Source: Amoebidium appalachense
Lineage: Eukaryota > Protista > Ichthyosporea
Length of the DNA: 64,000 bases
NCBI GenBank assembly: GCA_963693365.1
Contig: CAVNZM010000008.1
Coordinates: 62,001 to 126,000 of the forward strand
Direction: 5' to 3'
Each line of letters starts with the position of its first letter. The first letter of the stretch is position 1. The notes below the pieces were generated by a model that worked only from the letters and a program-made list of their open reading frames with translations, did no database searches and was not told where the DNA came from. The position numbers and the translations under genes were made by a program. Below, in pieces: positions 26,394 to 47,183 of the stretch.

Positions 26394-26836
26394 GAACTAC
26401 AAATAGTGTAGTGTTAATGTTCGTGTAGTAGGTGTTATATGTGTTAGTATAGTAGCATAGTTTTAGAGTTGCATCTTAGGCTTAGGTTGCATGCGGTACA
26501 TAGATAGAACACAGTGCAAGTGGGGGTGTCGAGCAGGATAGCCATCCGGTATGCCCTGCGTTAGCGTAGCACTAGTGATCGGGAATATTCGAGATATTCG
26601 GGATAAACTGGTGGATAGGTTCACGATAGATCAGGATAGATCTAGAAGAGTCTAGAAAATTCTATTGGAGTGCTTTGATTGGTAGCGACTAGATCCATAG
26701 CGGCGGGTAGACCAATCGGGAATAGTATGTAACATTCCAGTGAGCCAGACCACAAGTATATAAAGGTCCCGGCGGGCCAGTCAATGCAAGTCAGCAAATA
26801 ATAAAGTCTCACAGAGAAACCTCTAAGTTACACCCC

Positions 26837-26875
<39 letters not shown>

Positions 26876-27244
26876 CCCTCCACTGCCTTCCAAAATTTCT
26901 TTAAAAAAAAACCCCCTCTGAAATTCAATTGAAACTTTCCGAACTCAATGCCTCCAGCATTAATAAGTGAGTCGGAGCGAATGAAGCAATATCAATAAAC
27001 TCTAAGTAACCGAATATTACTGTGAATATTATCATGATCATATGGCAGACAAATAAGGTGACGCACAAAAAGAGGATTGGATAAATGTTACCGTAAACAA
27101 AAAGTTACAGAAGTTACAATATTAATGTACGACTCGGAAACGGAACGAAAAGCAGCCTGAATCAGACACACACACCCACACACCCACACACACACTGGCA
27201 CACACGATACCGTAACACACACACAGACACCGTGGCACAGACAC

Positions 27245-27342
<98 letters not shown>

Positions 27343-27378
27343 CGTGGCACACACCGTGTGACACACACACACACACAC

Positions 27379-27434
<56 letters not shown>

Positions 27435-27871
27435 CTATCACACGCACACACACACACACACGCACACCGCAACAGACTGGTGGGAGAACTGGTATGTGCA
27501 CAAACCCAACACACAACACGACCAAGGCTTCCTGTCACCAACATCACCACCATCCGGCAAATAAAAAAAGGAAACTTTGCCGAGATAACATGCTATGAAC
27601 CGGGAATTGTAGGAATGGAAGCCTTATAATTATAGTTATATGCAGTATACGTAATAGTGATTTTTGAGTATTAGTGTGACTAGATCTACAAGTTGAAGTG
27701 GGTCAAGCAAATAGCTCAGAGAGCAGGGCACCATAAAGAATTAACAGGCTGTCAAGCCTAGACTGAGATCTAGAGAGGGGATGACGCGACAAAGCAACGG
27801 TCTGTGGCATGTCAGTGTGTGTGTGTGTCACGGTGTGTGTGTGTGTGTGTGCACGTGCGTGTGTGTGCGTG

Positions 27872-27962
<91 letters not shown>

Positions 27963-28408
27963 CACTGTGTGTGTGTGTTGTATGACGTTGTTTCTGCACT
28001 TGGTTGTGGTGTTAAAAAGCCTGTTGAGGGGAAGGGGGGGAAAGGCTGCAAAAAAAAACTTCGAACCTACTACACAAGCCAACTCAACACACACCTTTCC
28101 TTTCCAGCCGGCGGCGGTTCTGCTCGACCTCTTCGTGCCTCTGCTCCAGCGCATCACGGTCACTTAGGCATTTTTGAATTTGAGAATGGGGGGGGTGGGC
28201 ATTACTAAGTATTGAGGTCCCCCCTCGTGGTGGGTCTCCCCCCCCCCCCCCCCCCCCCCCCTCACCCCCCTCCCTAAGTTGACCACCGGGGTGCTTCCCC
28301 CCCCCCCCCCCCCCCTCCCCCCCGCGGGTAATCCAACGGGACCCTCAGCTCTGCGCCAGCCGCGGCGGCGTACCCTCTCAAGTTCTGGGAGGCTCGCCTT
28401 CGCCCCCA

Positions 28409-28445
<37 letters not shown>

Positions 28446-28753
28446 TTATCCACCACCATCCCCAACATTAAGTTTGTACCAAGTCTTCTTCCCTTCAAAA
28501 TGACGCTAGTTCTCGCTGTGCAGTGTCAACTTAGTAGTTACAGGAAGATAGGAAGATAAGGATGACATTGGACTGTGAAAACCACATCATGGTACACCGC
28601 GCATTGAAGAGATCTAGAATGGCCCCTGCCCCAAGATAAACACTGCTTTTTGGCAAACAATGACTGCGGGTATGAACAGTGCAGGAGGGGATGGCTGCCC
28701 GGTGTCGCTGTGCTTGTGAGTTTTCGTGTGCGAGTGTGTGTGTGTGCGCGCGC

Positions 28754-28870
<117 letters not shown>

Positions 28871-29171
28871 GGGGGAGGGGGAGGAGGAGTGGGGGAGGGG
28901 GCGGGAAGGGGGGCAAGGGGAGGGGGAGAGGGGGGGGGGGGGGGGGGGGGGGGAGGAGAGGTGGAGGGGGGGGAGGGGGGCGGAGGTTGGGGAGGGGATT
29001 GCTTAGACCTTGGAACCTTTGCCTGCCTGCCATATGCTTTCGAACGGTTTTGCGCTATTTGATTGAACACGCGAGCACACCCGTGCATGAGCACGGACAT
29101 ACGGGCTTGCACACACACACGCACACATACGCGCACACACACACATATACACACCCCACACACAAACACCC

Positions 29172-29205
<34 letters not shown>

Positions 29206-29719
29206 CAGACGAACACACGAACACACACACACAGACACGCACATGCATGCACACACGCATGCACGCACACGCACACAAACACAAGCAAACACACAGACAC
29301 ACACACACACATATACATACAAACACACACACACACACGCGCGCGCGTGCGCGAACACAAACACGCCCACCAACACACCCACACCCACACTCAATCAGCA
29401 ACATAAGCACACGTATGTGTTAGTTACCCGGGTGTTTATATCAGTATACCAGTTTTTTTAAGAAAGCTGTTTTCCAGAACCAAGGTGCCTTCCTTTTTTG
29501 TGCTCCTGTTATTCAAGCAGCAATATCCTTTGACTTCTCTTTTTAGCAACGTAAATAGATCAATGCACGACCTCAACTCTCTCTCTCTCTCTTTCTCTCT
29601 CCCCGCTCCCCCTCCCCCCCTTTGCCCCCCCCAAAAAAGGAAAACAGACACACACCAACGCACAAGCACGAACACAAGGACACAGCACACACACTCGCAC
29701 AGACATATTGTAACACATG

Positions 29720-29810
<91 letters not shown>

Positions 29811-30857
29811 CCCCTTGTCCTCTGAGAAGCTCCTATTGTTAACACAAATTTATGGCCGATAGCAACGCTCTCTTCGAAGCTTCGGCCACACCAGCCCGTT
29901 CGGTTCCCCCGCCGAGTCCCCACTTGTGCTCCACATGCATGGCTGACTGCACAGGCACGTTGCCCCTCTCAGCTAACATCGGTGATTGCTAGACAATAGT
30001 AGCTGCGAGGAGCATTTCAAACCGTATAATGTATTTTCTTGTGGCTCGTAATTGGCCTGCCCTTATGGGCTAAAGCTTAAGCCTCGCTGTCATAGTTGAA
30101 CATGTGGCATATATGTTATAAGCCAAGCCTGGCAGACCAATTTTGTGCATTGTCGAGTTAGGTGCATGGAGCTGCTGCAACTATCATATTGTTCACGAAA
30201 AGTCGGGCACGGCTGGTATAGTAAGCTGTTTGGGATTAGGCCACTACCTGCCCGTGGACGGCTGCGCAGGACCAGGTGTCCATGAAGCCGACGAGACTGT
30301 GAAAGGGGCTGACTCGAACTCACACGTGAGGAACGTGAATAGGAAGCTGGTGTGGTTCCGACTTAGTATGGAACAGGTCTAGCTACAAGAGAGGGGCTGT
30401 TTCGCCAGCCCAAAACAGGAGGATAATTGGCCGCGGAGGGCTGCATCTGACCTCGAGATGCCTGCAAGTGATGGATGCTCGCAATGACTAGTTGCGGTGC
30501 TCCTGGTGGTTGGGGAGTTGCTACCTTCTTGGATCTATATGATGTTTATGACACAGGTTTACCCTCGCGCAGGAGGTGGTGGTGGGTTGAGCAGGTGGGT
30601 GACATCGAACTTAAAACCTTGTAGAAGTGCACTTAAAACCTTGTAGAAGTGCACATGTCAGATAAGGTCACACACCGTGTGGCCTAATCTTTTATTCGAC
30701 GTTCATGCTTATGGCTGCTAGCCAGTAGCCAGCCTTACACTATTCGGGAGCACAAATTGACCCCCACGTGCCCTGCACAGCAAGTGCACGCCAACCTCTT
30801 TACACTGCTACCGTTGAAGTTTTGGCGCTACCAGCGTCCACTCTCATCCCCCTTAAC

Positions 30858-31544
30858 CTACACGGCCATGACGGGCCTGCTGAACACCACGGTCTCCATG
30901 GCCTCCACGGTCTGGAACATGGCAAGCAGCCGCCTCAGCTCGGCCTTGAGCTCCTGGTCGGTCTGCATGGACAGGTCCTTGAATGGCCCCATGAGCTGCG
31001 CTGATAGCGCACCGACACCGAGCTTGGGCGGCACCGTGTCAGGGAACGTGAGGTGGGGGGCTGTGAGTGTGCCTGGTGGGCGGAAGGATAGGGGGGCTGG
31101 GGGGGTGGGAGGGCTTGTGCGGGGGTTGGGCCCGGAGAGCAAACGAAGGAGCTCTGCTGCCTCGGCCTCGTGGTCGGTGCTAGTTTGGCGTGCCAGGGTT
31201 GGCGGGCTGGCGGGCTTAAGCGCCCCGCTGGGCAAGTGGTAGGGTGCCGGCCGCGGGGCAGCTTTGCACGGGGCCAGGGGGACGGTGTCTGTGCTTTGTG
31301 TGCGGGGGCGCTTGACCTGGTGCTTGAGCCACAGGTGCTGGTGCAGGGCGCTCTCGCTTGCGTAGCGCCGCTCACAGGCCTCGACGTGGCACTCAAAGTT
31401 GCGCTCCAGCTCGTGCACCTTGCGGCGCCTGCGGGTCTTCTTGGGCAGCATGTAGGACGTCGGGTCCAGCAGACTGGACGCCTGGCTGTGGCTGGGCGCC
31501 AGGGGCGGTTGTTCGGACCCACTAAGCGACTTAACTGCTGCCAT
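30858..31544 (-). CDS. Single C2H2 zinc-finger protein (228 aa) with a basic region; intronless
   Basis: KKTRRRRKVHELERNFECHVEACERRYASESALHQHLWLKH = C-x4-C-x12-H-x4-H. GC3-rich codons like HSP90B1; minus-strand AATAAA at 30691-30696; TATA-like sequence near 31718-31730. Confidence 0.85.
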   Translation of the reverse strand: MAAVKSLSGSEQPPLAPSHSQASSLLDPTSYMLPKKTRRRRKVHELERNFECHVEACERRYASESALHQHLWLKHQVKRPRTQSTDTVPLAPCKAAPRPAPYHLPSGALKPASPPTLARQTSTDHEAEAAELLRLLSGPNPRTSPPTPPAPLSFRPPGTLTAPHLTFPDTVPPKLGVGALSAQLMGPFKDLSMQTDQELKAELRRLLAMFQTVEAMETVVFSRPVMAV

Positions 31545-34172
31545 GGTTTGGGTGTAGGCTGCTTTGCTTGTTGCTATAGAGACTACGGTGCGAGCGATTT
31601 TAGAGTGTGTGGGTGGCAGTGGGGGTCGATAGTGAAAACACAAATTGGGTATTGAAGGTGGACAAGAACAAACGGCGTCTCCGCGCGTCTGTACCCGATC
31701 TGAGAGCAGCCGGCCGTTTTTATATTTTTATTGTAGAGTTTACCCCCTTCCCTTTGGGCTCAATGGGCTGTGGAAGCGATGTGACTATCTACCAATCAAA
31801 TGACGTTTGGGTGCGCGCCGCCATTTTTTGTAGTTTTTTTTTGGTTTTTGTAACGTCATGATGCCACCGTCTTTCAGGTGGGTAGACATCAGCTACGAAG
31901 ACATGATAAATGCACACTTTTGGGTATATTACACTAACAGGTCTTAGGTTGACCACGCGCATAGTACCGTATACGGTCACGCCGCATGATATGCGTAGGC
32001 ATGCGGCATGCATATGCGCGGCTCATCTGCATATGTCGCATGCATCATGATCGCTTGAAGTGTGTAATAGCCACATACAGTTCAGAAAAACCAGTAAGTA
32101 AGTTTTATGTGTGTAAATATAATATGATATTATGCTTAATGCCATATTGTTAGTCTCGTCGGCCTTGGCTCGAGGAGGGCAAATTGTGCGCATAGGCACG
32201 TTCATTGGCTAGTGCCTCACCAGACTCCCCCTGGATCGCGAACTTCTGGTGATTAAAGGATCTCGAGATTCTCGCGATCGACGGTCCGACTCCTCACATA
32301 GTTTGTAACACAAAGTGATGTTATACTATTAATAGATTACTAAGCACGTGTAGTAACCACGTGTTAAATAACTGTGAACACGGAGGGAAATCGGAACCGA
32401 CGGAAGCAATCACAGATCTCATAACGGCGACCAACAAGTGACCGTGTCTGCAGCAATGCAAAGTGCATAAACCCCCACCGTGGCAACAAACGGTCCATGA
32501 GGCTGCTGGCATGAGGCATGAGTGCCCTCCGCAAAATCTTTTGCACTGCCGCATCAAGTTTGTGGGGACCCACAACATAGTGTGCAACGCCAGTACCGCG
32601 GCCACCAAACTGACGGTAGTCAGTCAAGTCACTAGCCGCTAATTCAGAGGTTGCGTGAACTTGAACAGTGTCAGTCGACGTCGATGCGAACACACGTAAA
32701 GAGGCTGCCTCAGGTGTCAGGTGTGCTATTTAGGAGGCCCCTCAGCGACTCGTTGTCGGACGCGGACCTCACGTGAAGGCGCACCAGACAACCCGCCGCG
32801 GCCTGGTTCGAATCAATACAAATGTTGCTGTTGCGCACATGCTCTGTTCTGTAAGCGGCGTATTTTGTAAATAGACATGTCTGTACGCGTAACTACTACA
32901 TAGCAATAGCGTGTAACACGTGTATTCCCTAAAAACAGAGACCACCGGCCTTCCACGGCGGGGGTTCGAAATTCGCATCGTCTAAAGGGACTACCTTCAA
33001 GTTGGTACTCATATCAAGTTATAAAACTATTCGCGCTTACCACATCCACATTAACGGCCGTACTCACGCACACACACACACTCACACTCACACACACGCA
33101 CACACACACTCACACACACGCACACACACGCACACGCACACGCACACACACACCGTACACACAGACACCGGCACACACACGCGTGCGCGCGCGCACCCAC
33201 GCACGCACACAGTGTCACACTGGGTCGCACACGCACACGTGACACACACACACGTACACATACATACACACACACACACAGTGTCAGACACACAAAACAC
33301 AAACACAAACAGTTCTACACACGCACAGCGTGCAGTGGCCATGCATAATATATGCATTATCCGGCCCTCTCCGGATCCCTCTGAAACTCCCGGAAGGGGA
33401 GGAGGGGAGGGGTGGGACACGTGTGTGTGTGTGTTGTGTGTGTGTGTATGGCATATACCATCATGATATTCCGTGCACTGCATGGCATCCTGCTCAATGC
33501 TATGGCGTCTGTACATGTGTACACTGACCCGGCTCTGAGTGTGGGTCGGCCATGTATGCGCATGATGCATGCACATGCATGCAGCCTGTCTCTAATAGTA
33601 GTAGACTCTCAAAATGAATCCGGCCGCGGAGGCCGCTAGATCAGTGTAGTAACATGCACACTTGCCCTGTGTACTTTGACTTTTCTGCCCATTAGACTCT
33701 TTGTTGATGTTGTTTTGTTGTTGTTTTTTTTGATAGCAGTGATGAGTTATTAATTTTGATATCCATGCAGCTTTGGGCTTCTCGGAATCTGATTTCTTCT
33801 TGTTTGTGGGCGCTCCCCCTATGTATGGCTTGCATTCTGCATCGTGTTATCCGTTTGTTCTTGTGTACTTCGTACTTTTTGACGCATTCAAAACCCCCTC
33901 CCCCCCCCCCCACCCACCCAACACACACACACACACATACACACACACACACACGCATATGTATCTCATGGTTTCTTTGAACATAGGGTCTATTAGTTTT
34001 CTCAAAAACCCGGGCTCCACTGCCGGGTATATAGATTATGAAAATAAAACAAATACGTATTTTTTGTATACTTGAAGATAATACACCCAACCGAGCTTGG
34101 ATTTTTTTTTAAAAAAAAAAAGCGATTTTGGAAGGGGAGGGTTGCAGAAGGGGGGGGGGGGGGGGGGGGGGA

Positions 34173-34549
34173 GGGGGGCATTGTGTTGTTTACTAAATGA
34201 CTTGCTGCGCATGCACGATTTCGAGTTCCACGATGGCAGCATGCAATATTGCTTCAGTTTTCCTCCGTAACCCGAAACGTTTACATGTTAAAACCGTAAT
34301 GCTACATGGCTTGTTAAGCTTTTCTGTTGCCCCCCCCCAGGAGGCTCCCTGGCGGGGCCTTGGTTAAGGGGGACCTATGGACTGCCCCCCCCCCCCCTTC
34401 GCAGCCCCATCTTCTCCCCAAGGCTTCCTCCCCTTTCTCTACATCATCATGCAACACATGCCGCACATCTACAAATTCATGTGAAGATATCTCTAATAAA
34501 CACAGAAGCGAGGGGGTTTCTAAGGTGTTGTATACTGTGTATGTGCGTG

Positions 34550-34583
<34 letters not shown>

Positions 34584-35614
34584 TCGTGCGCGCGTGTGTA
34601 AGGAGTGTGTGTGTGCATGTGTACGTTGTGTGTGTCACGGTGCGTGTGTGTGCGTGTGTGCGTGTGTGTGTTTGTGTATGTACGGCGCTTGTGTGTGTGA
34701 CGATGTGTACATGCGTGTGTGTGTGTGGGTGGGTGTGTGGGTGTGTCCGGTGTGTGGCGTGTATGATTAATTTATATAATATGTGTATGGTGTGTATGTA
34801 TGTGTGTGTGTGAGTGTGTGTGGGTTTGTGTGTGTACGGTGTGTTTGTGTGTGTGTACGGTGTGTGTTTGTGTGTGTGAGCCTGCGCGCGCGCGTGTGTG
34901 CCCGCACGCGCGTGTGTCTGTGCGTGTCGGTCTGCGAAGGTCTTGTTTGTTTGTGTACGGTGTGCGTGTGTGCATGCGCAAGCCTTGTTGTGCGTGGGGG
35001 GGGTGTTTTGCCGGGTGTACGTTGTGTGTAGGTCACAGTTGAGAGAGGGGAGGGGGAAGATGCCTGCATGCCTGCAGTCTGAGTGTGAAGAGGAGGGGGA
35101 AGGTGGTGAGAGAACGAGGTGGGCCGTGTTTGCTTATTTTGCACGGCATTTCTAGTTGTTTTGTGAGCACAGAATCTGATATTTTGTCTTCACCCCAGGG
35201 GGGGAGGGGAGGGGGCATTGTGTTGATCACTAATTGACTTGCTGTGCATGCACGATTTCGAGTTCCACGATGGCAGCGTGCAATATTGCTTCAGTTTTCC
35301 TCCGTGACCCGAAACGTTTACATGTTAAAACCGTGATGCTACATGGCTTGTTTAAGCTTTTCTGTTGCCCCCCCCATAAGGCTCCCTGGCGGGGCCTTGG
35401 GCCTACGGGGGACCTACGGACCCCCCCCCCCCCCCCTCCCCCCCCCCCCCCCCCCCTCCCCCCCGCTTCGCAGCCCCATCTTCTCCCCAAGGCTTCCTCC
35501 CCTTTCTCTACATCATCTGCAACACATGCCGCACATCTACAAATTCATGTGAAGATATCTCTAATAAACACAGAAGCGAGGGGGTTTCTGAGGTGTTGTA
35601 TACTGTGTATGTGC

Positions 35615-35667
<53 letters not shown>

Positions 35668-36287
35668 TCGTGCGCGCGTGTGTAAGGTGTGTGTGTGCAT
35701 GTGTACGGTGTGTGTGTCACGGTGTGTGTGTGCGTGCGTGCGTGTGTGTGTTTGTGTGTGTACGGTGCGCTTGTGTGTGTGACGATGTGTACATGTGTGT
35801 GTGTGTGTGTGGGTGTGGGTGGGTGTGTGGGTGTGTCCGGTGTGTGGCGTGTATGATTAAATTATATAATATGTGTATGGTGTGTATGTATGTGTGTATG
35901 TGAATGTGTGTGTGTTTGTGTGTGTACGGCGTGTTTGTGTGTGTGTACGGTGTGTGTTTGTGTGTGTGAGCCCGCGCGCGCGTGTGTGTGTGCCCGCGCG
36001 CGCGTGTGTCTGTGCGTGTCGTTCTGCAAAGGTCTTGTTTGTTTGTGTACGGTGTGCGTGTGTGCATGCGCAAGCCTTGTCGTGCGTGGGGGGGTGTTTT
36101 GCCGGGTGTACGTTGTGTGTAGGTCACAGTTGAGAGAGGGGGAGGGGGAAGATGCCTGCATGTCTGCAGCCTGAGTGTGAAGGGGAGGGGGAAGGTGGTG
36201 GGAGAACGAGGTGGGCCGTTTGCTTATTTTGCACGTGCACGGCATTTCTGGTTGTTTTGTGAGCACAGAATCTGATATTTTGTCTTC

Positions 36288-36292
<5 letters not shown>
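34173..36292. repeat. Two-copy tandem duplication, unit ~1.05 kb, with compound TG satellite
   Basis: GGCATTGTGTTG..ATTTCGAGTTCCACGATGGCAGC starts near 34176 and 35214; both units end ACAGAATCTGATATTTTGTCTTCACCCC. Confidence 0.9.
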
Positions 36293-36321
<29 letters not shown>

Positions 36322-36763
36322 CCCCACACACACACACACCTCAATTGCGCACGAACCCGCACAAGGGTACCTCGAGCTCGTAAGCCAACAGGTCCCCGCT
36401 CTAATCCCTCACCACTGCACACAAGCACACACACGCATGTGCGGTACACACATATGAGTGGACCTCATGCGCACACGGTCAGGGTGTGTGTGCAGAGTCA
36501 TAATATGACCCCACAGGCTTGGTATAACCACTGTTCCTTGGACTGGTGTTTTTCTTTATGTTTCGAATGTGTTTTTCGAAATGACTGCTCTGCAGGCACT
36601 ATTTTCCCTTCATTTATAGTAACGTACGCGCGTTCAGAGTTCAGTCTTTTCATGACACACGCATGGCACTATGCATGCAAAAAAAACTTTAGTAAATAAT
36701 CATAACCGGGTCCCTTGCCTCTTCGCCCCCCCTTCCCCCCCCCTCCCATCTCCCTCCCTCCCC

Positions 36764-36797
<34 letters not shown>

Positions 36798-37184
36798 CCC
36801 AAAAAAGGCGGGGTAAAAACTACGATAACGGACGCTATGGGCCCCATAAAACTAAGATAAGGACCTTATTTTCCAATGACCCATAATCTTACTTTCAGTC
36901 ACCACGTGCACCACCTGTGCTAACATTGATGTCAGTATGGAGGTGAACTGCAACATTGCAACTTTGGTATCATACTTTCCTTTGGGGGCATATGAAGTTA
37001 TCATATGGCATGTCAAGGTTGCTGTGACCAAGCAGGGAACTTCAACGTGGCATTACCACCACCGACAGATTGCTACGCTAGCACCACCCCACAGCCACAG
37101 CTCCATGCACGGTAACTCCACCCTCACACTAACACTGCCACGTGGTCCGCACTTCAACACTCTCCCGTGTGCACACGCGGTGGG

Positions 37185-45450
<8,266 letters not shown>

Positions 45451-47104
45451 TATGCCCGCGGTCCTTTCTTCCCTTTCACAGAATGATTCTTCACTTGGTA
45501 ACTGGCTTTTATGGTATTATGGTATTAACGTAGGGGGTGCGATGCATTCCCTTAGCAACGAAACACAAATGTATACTATGGAGGCGACGTCACTGAAATC
45601 TACCGGACATAACCTGAGTTAAAGTCACGGTATCTAGCTATATATAGGGATGATGGTACGTGTGTATACGTTGTATACATGTGCAGCACGAAGCATTGAT
45701 GGTTGCTTATGGATACACTGCAGCCGAAAAAAAGATCTCGTGGGGTTACTGTCCTACACAAGGTAAACAACTGCTTCCATACATGTACAGTAGTAATTCA
45801 TTATCCCAGACGCCACCTGAGTGTCCACGCCAAGTCAAGTTGGGCGTGGCACTGTCCGCGCGCAGAAACGAGGAGCGGAATTTGCCCTCCTCCAGCTGCA
45901 GAGTAGGGCAGCTGGTGGGCCTCAAGTTGAAGTTCGAACAACCCAAGGTGTTTGGCTACTTACCTGAATTACTCTGAACGAAAATGCAATTTCGAAATTT
46001 CTAATTTTTGGGGTTTGGGTCGAGCATGATCATTATAAATATAGACCCCAGCCTTAAGGGTTAGGGTTTAGGTTTTACTAGCCTGTTTCCATTTTTGTTT
46101 GACTGGAATCAGTTTCTATCTTGAATCCGTTATCATTTACAGAACCCGACTGGCAAAGCAGGGTTTCATATTTATTGGAAAGGTGCCAGAATCACCGCTT
46201 CCCCCCAAAAACACTCCTACTTTAATGGAAACATGACTGGTATGGCTCCCCAGGGCTAACGATTTTGGGTCGTGAAAGTTTAAACCCCTGGCTGCCGGCC
46301 AATGTTGTTGCCCGGGTTTGGCCGCCTTATTCGTTTTACCTGAAATGGATTCGTATTGTCGAAAAGTCTTTTAATCAAAGTATTGGTGGGATGTGTTTCA
46401 GCATTGACCTGCATGAACCCCATTTATTTTGTAATTTCAGATACTGTTTCCGTATAATCTCTCATTTCATTAATAATATGCAGCCCCGGAAGACTAAACA
46501 GGGGCGTATTTTTCTTTTCGAGCTCAAGAATTACCAACAGATCACTTTTTTATTGAAATGATTCATTTTTCATAGAGAAAGACATCAAGTCACACGCTTG
46601 GAGCCTATATAGTTGTTATGAGCGGTGAATACGGCACCTCACAGCGCTAACCGTATTGGCCTCTGTGCCACTGTAATCGTATTTTACGTCAATACGATTC
46701 GTAAGGCAAACCCTGCTGCCGGTGCGCGTATGGCCAATCACCCTGCACTACTGAAGAGGTGTAAAACAAAGCATGCACGAACTGGTAGTTGCCAGTGCGG
46801 CGCTGCCTTTCGGCATCTTCTTCTAGCAGTCAGGCTGTCAGGTAGGCTTGGGGTTTACGCTGTTTACTCGAGGCAAAGAGAACCAGTCTCAGGTATGGGG
46901 GGGGGTTTTGCTCGGAATATCCCCTCAGCGGTATATCATGATCACGTACATAGATGTCGGGTGGTGACTATATATCAGGGTTTACTTTCTCTACGAGACA
47001 CCATAAAGACTACAAGGAGAAATCAATTAGTTGGGGTTCCCCGTTTTTTTTTTGTTTTTGTTTTTTTTAAAGGGGCTCCCCTCGGGACACTCGGTATCAG
47101 CTGG

Positions 47105-47163
<59 letters not shown>

Positions 47164-47183
47164 TGTGTGTGTGTGCGCCTGCG

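Larger units (their letters stand above)
18090..26832 (+). mobile_element. Ty1/copia LTR retrotransposon (element A) with an interrupted 5' LTR
   Basis: 3' LTR 26527-26832 (TG..CA, 306 bp); 5' LTR split as 18090-18187 plus 21987-22193. TSD CCCCT at 18085-18089 and 26833-26837, PBS GGTTACGGACCCAG at 22194-22207, PPT AAGTGGGGG before 26527. Confidence 0.96.

Noticed and set aside
30090-30600. Possible coding remnant downstream of the zinc-finger gene
   Set aside because: Short ORFs with no recognisable domain or consistent splice sites.
32210-32995. Academ-like MITE (TAGTGCCTCACCAGAC .. GTCTAAAGGGACTA) and short internal ORFs
   Set aside because: The terminal match is too short and imperfect, there is no TSD, and the ORFs have no recognisable motifs.
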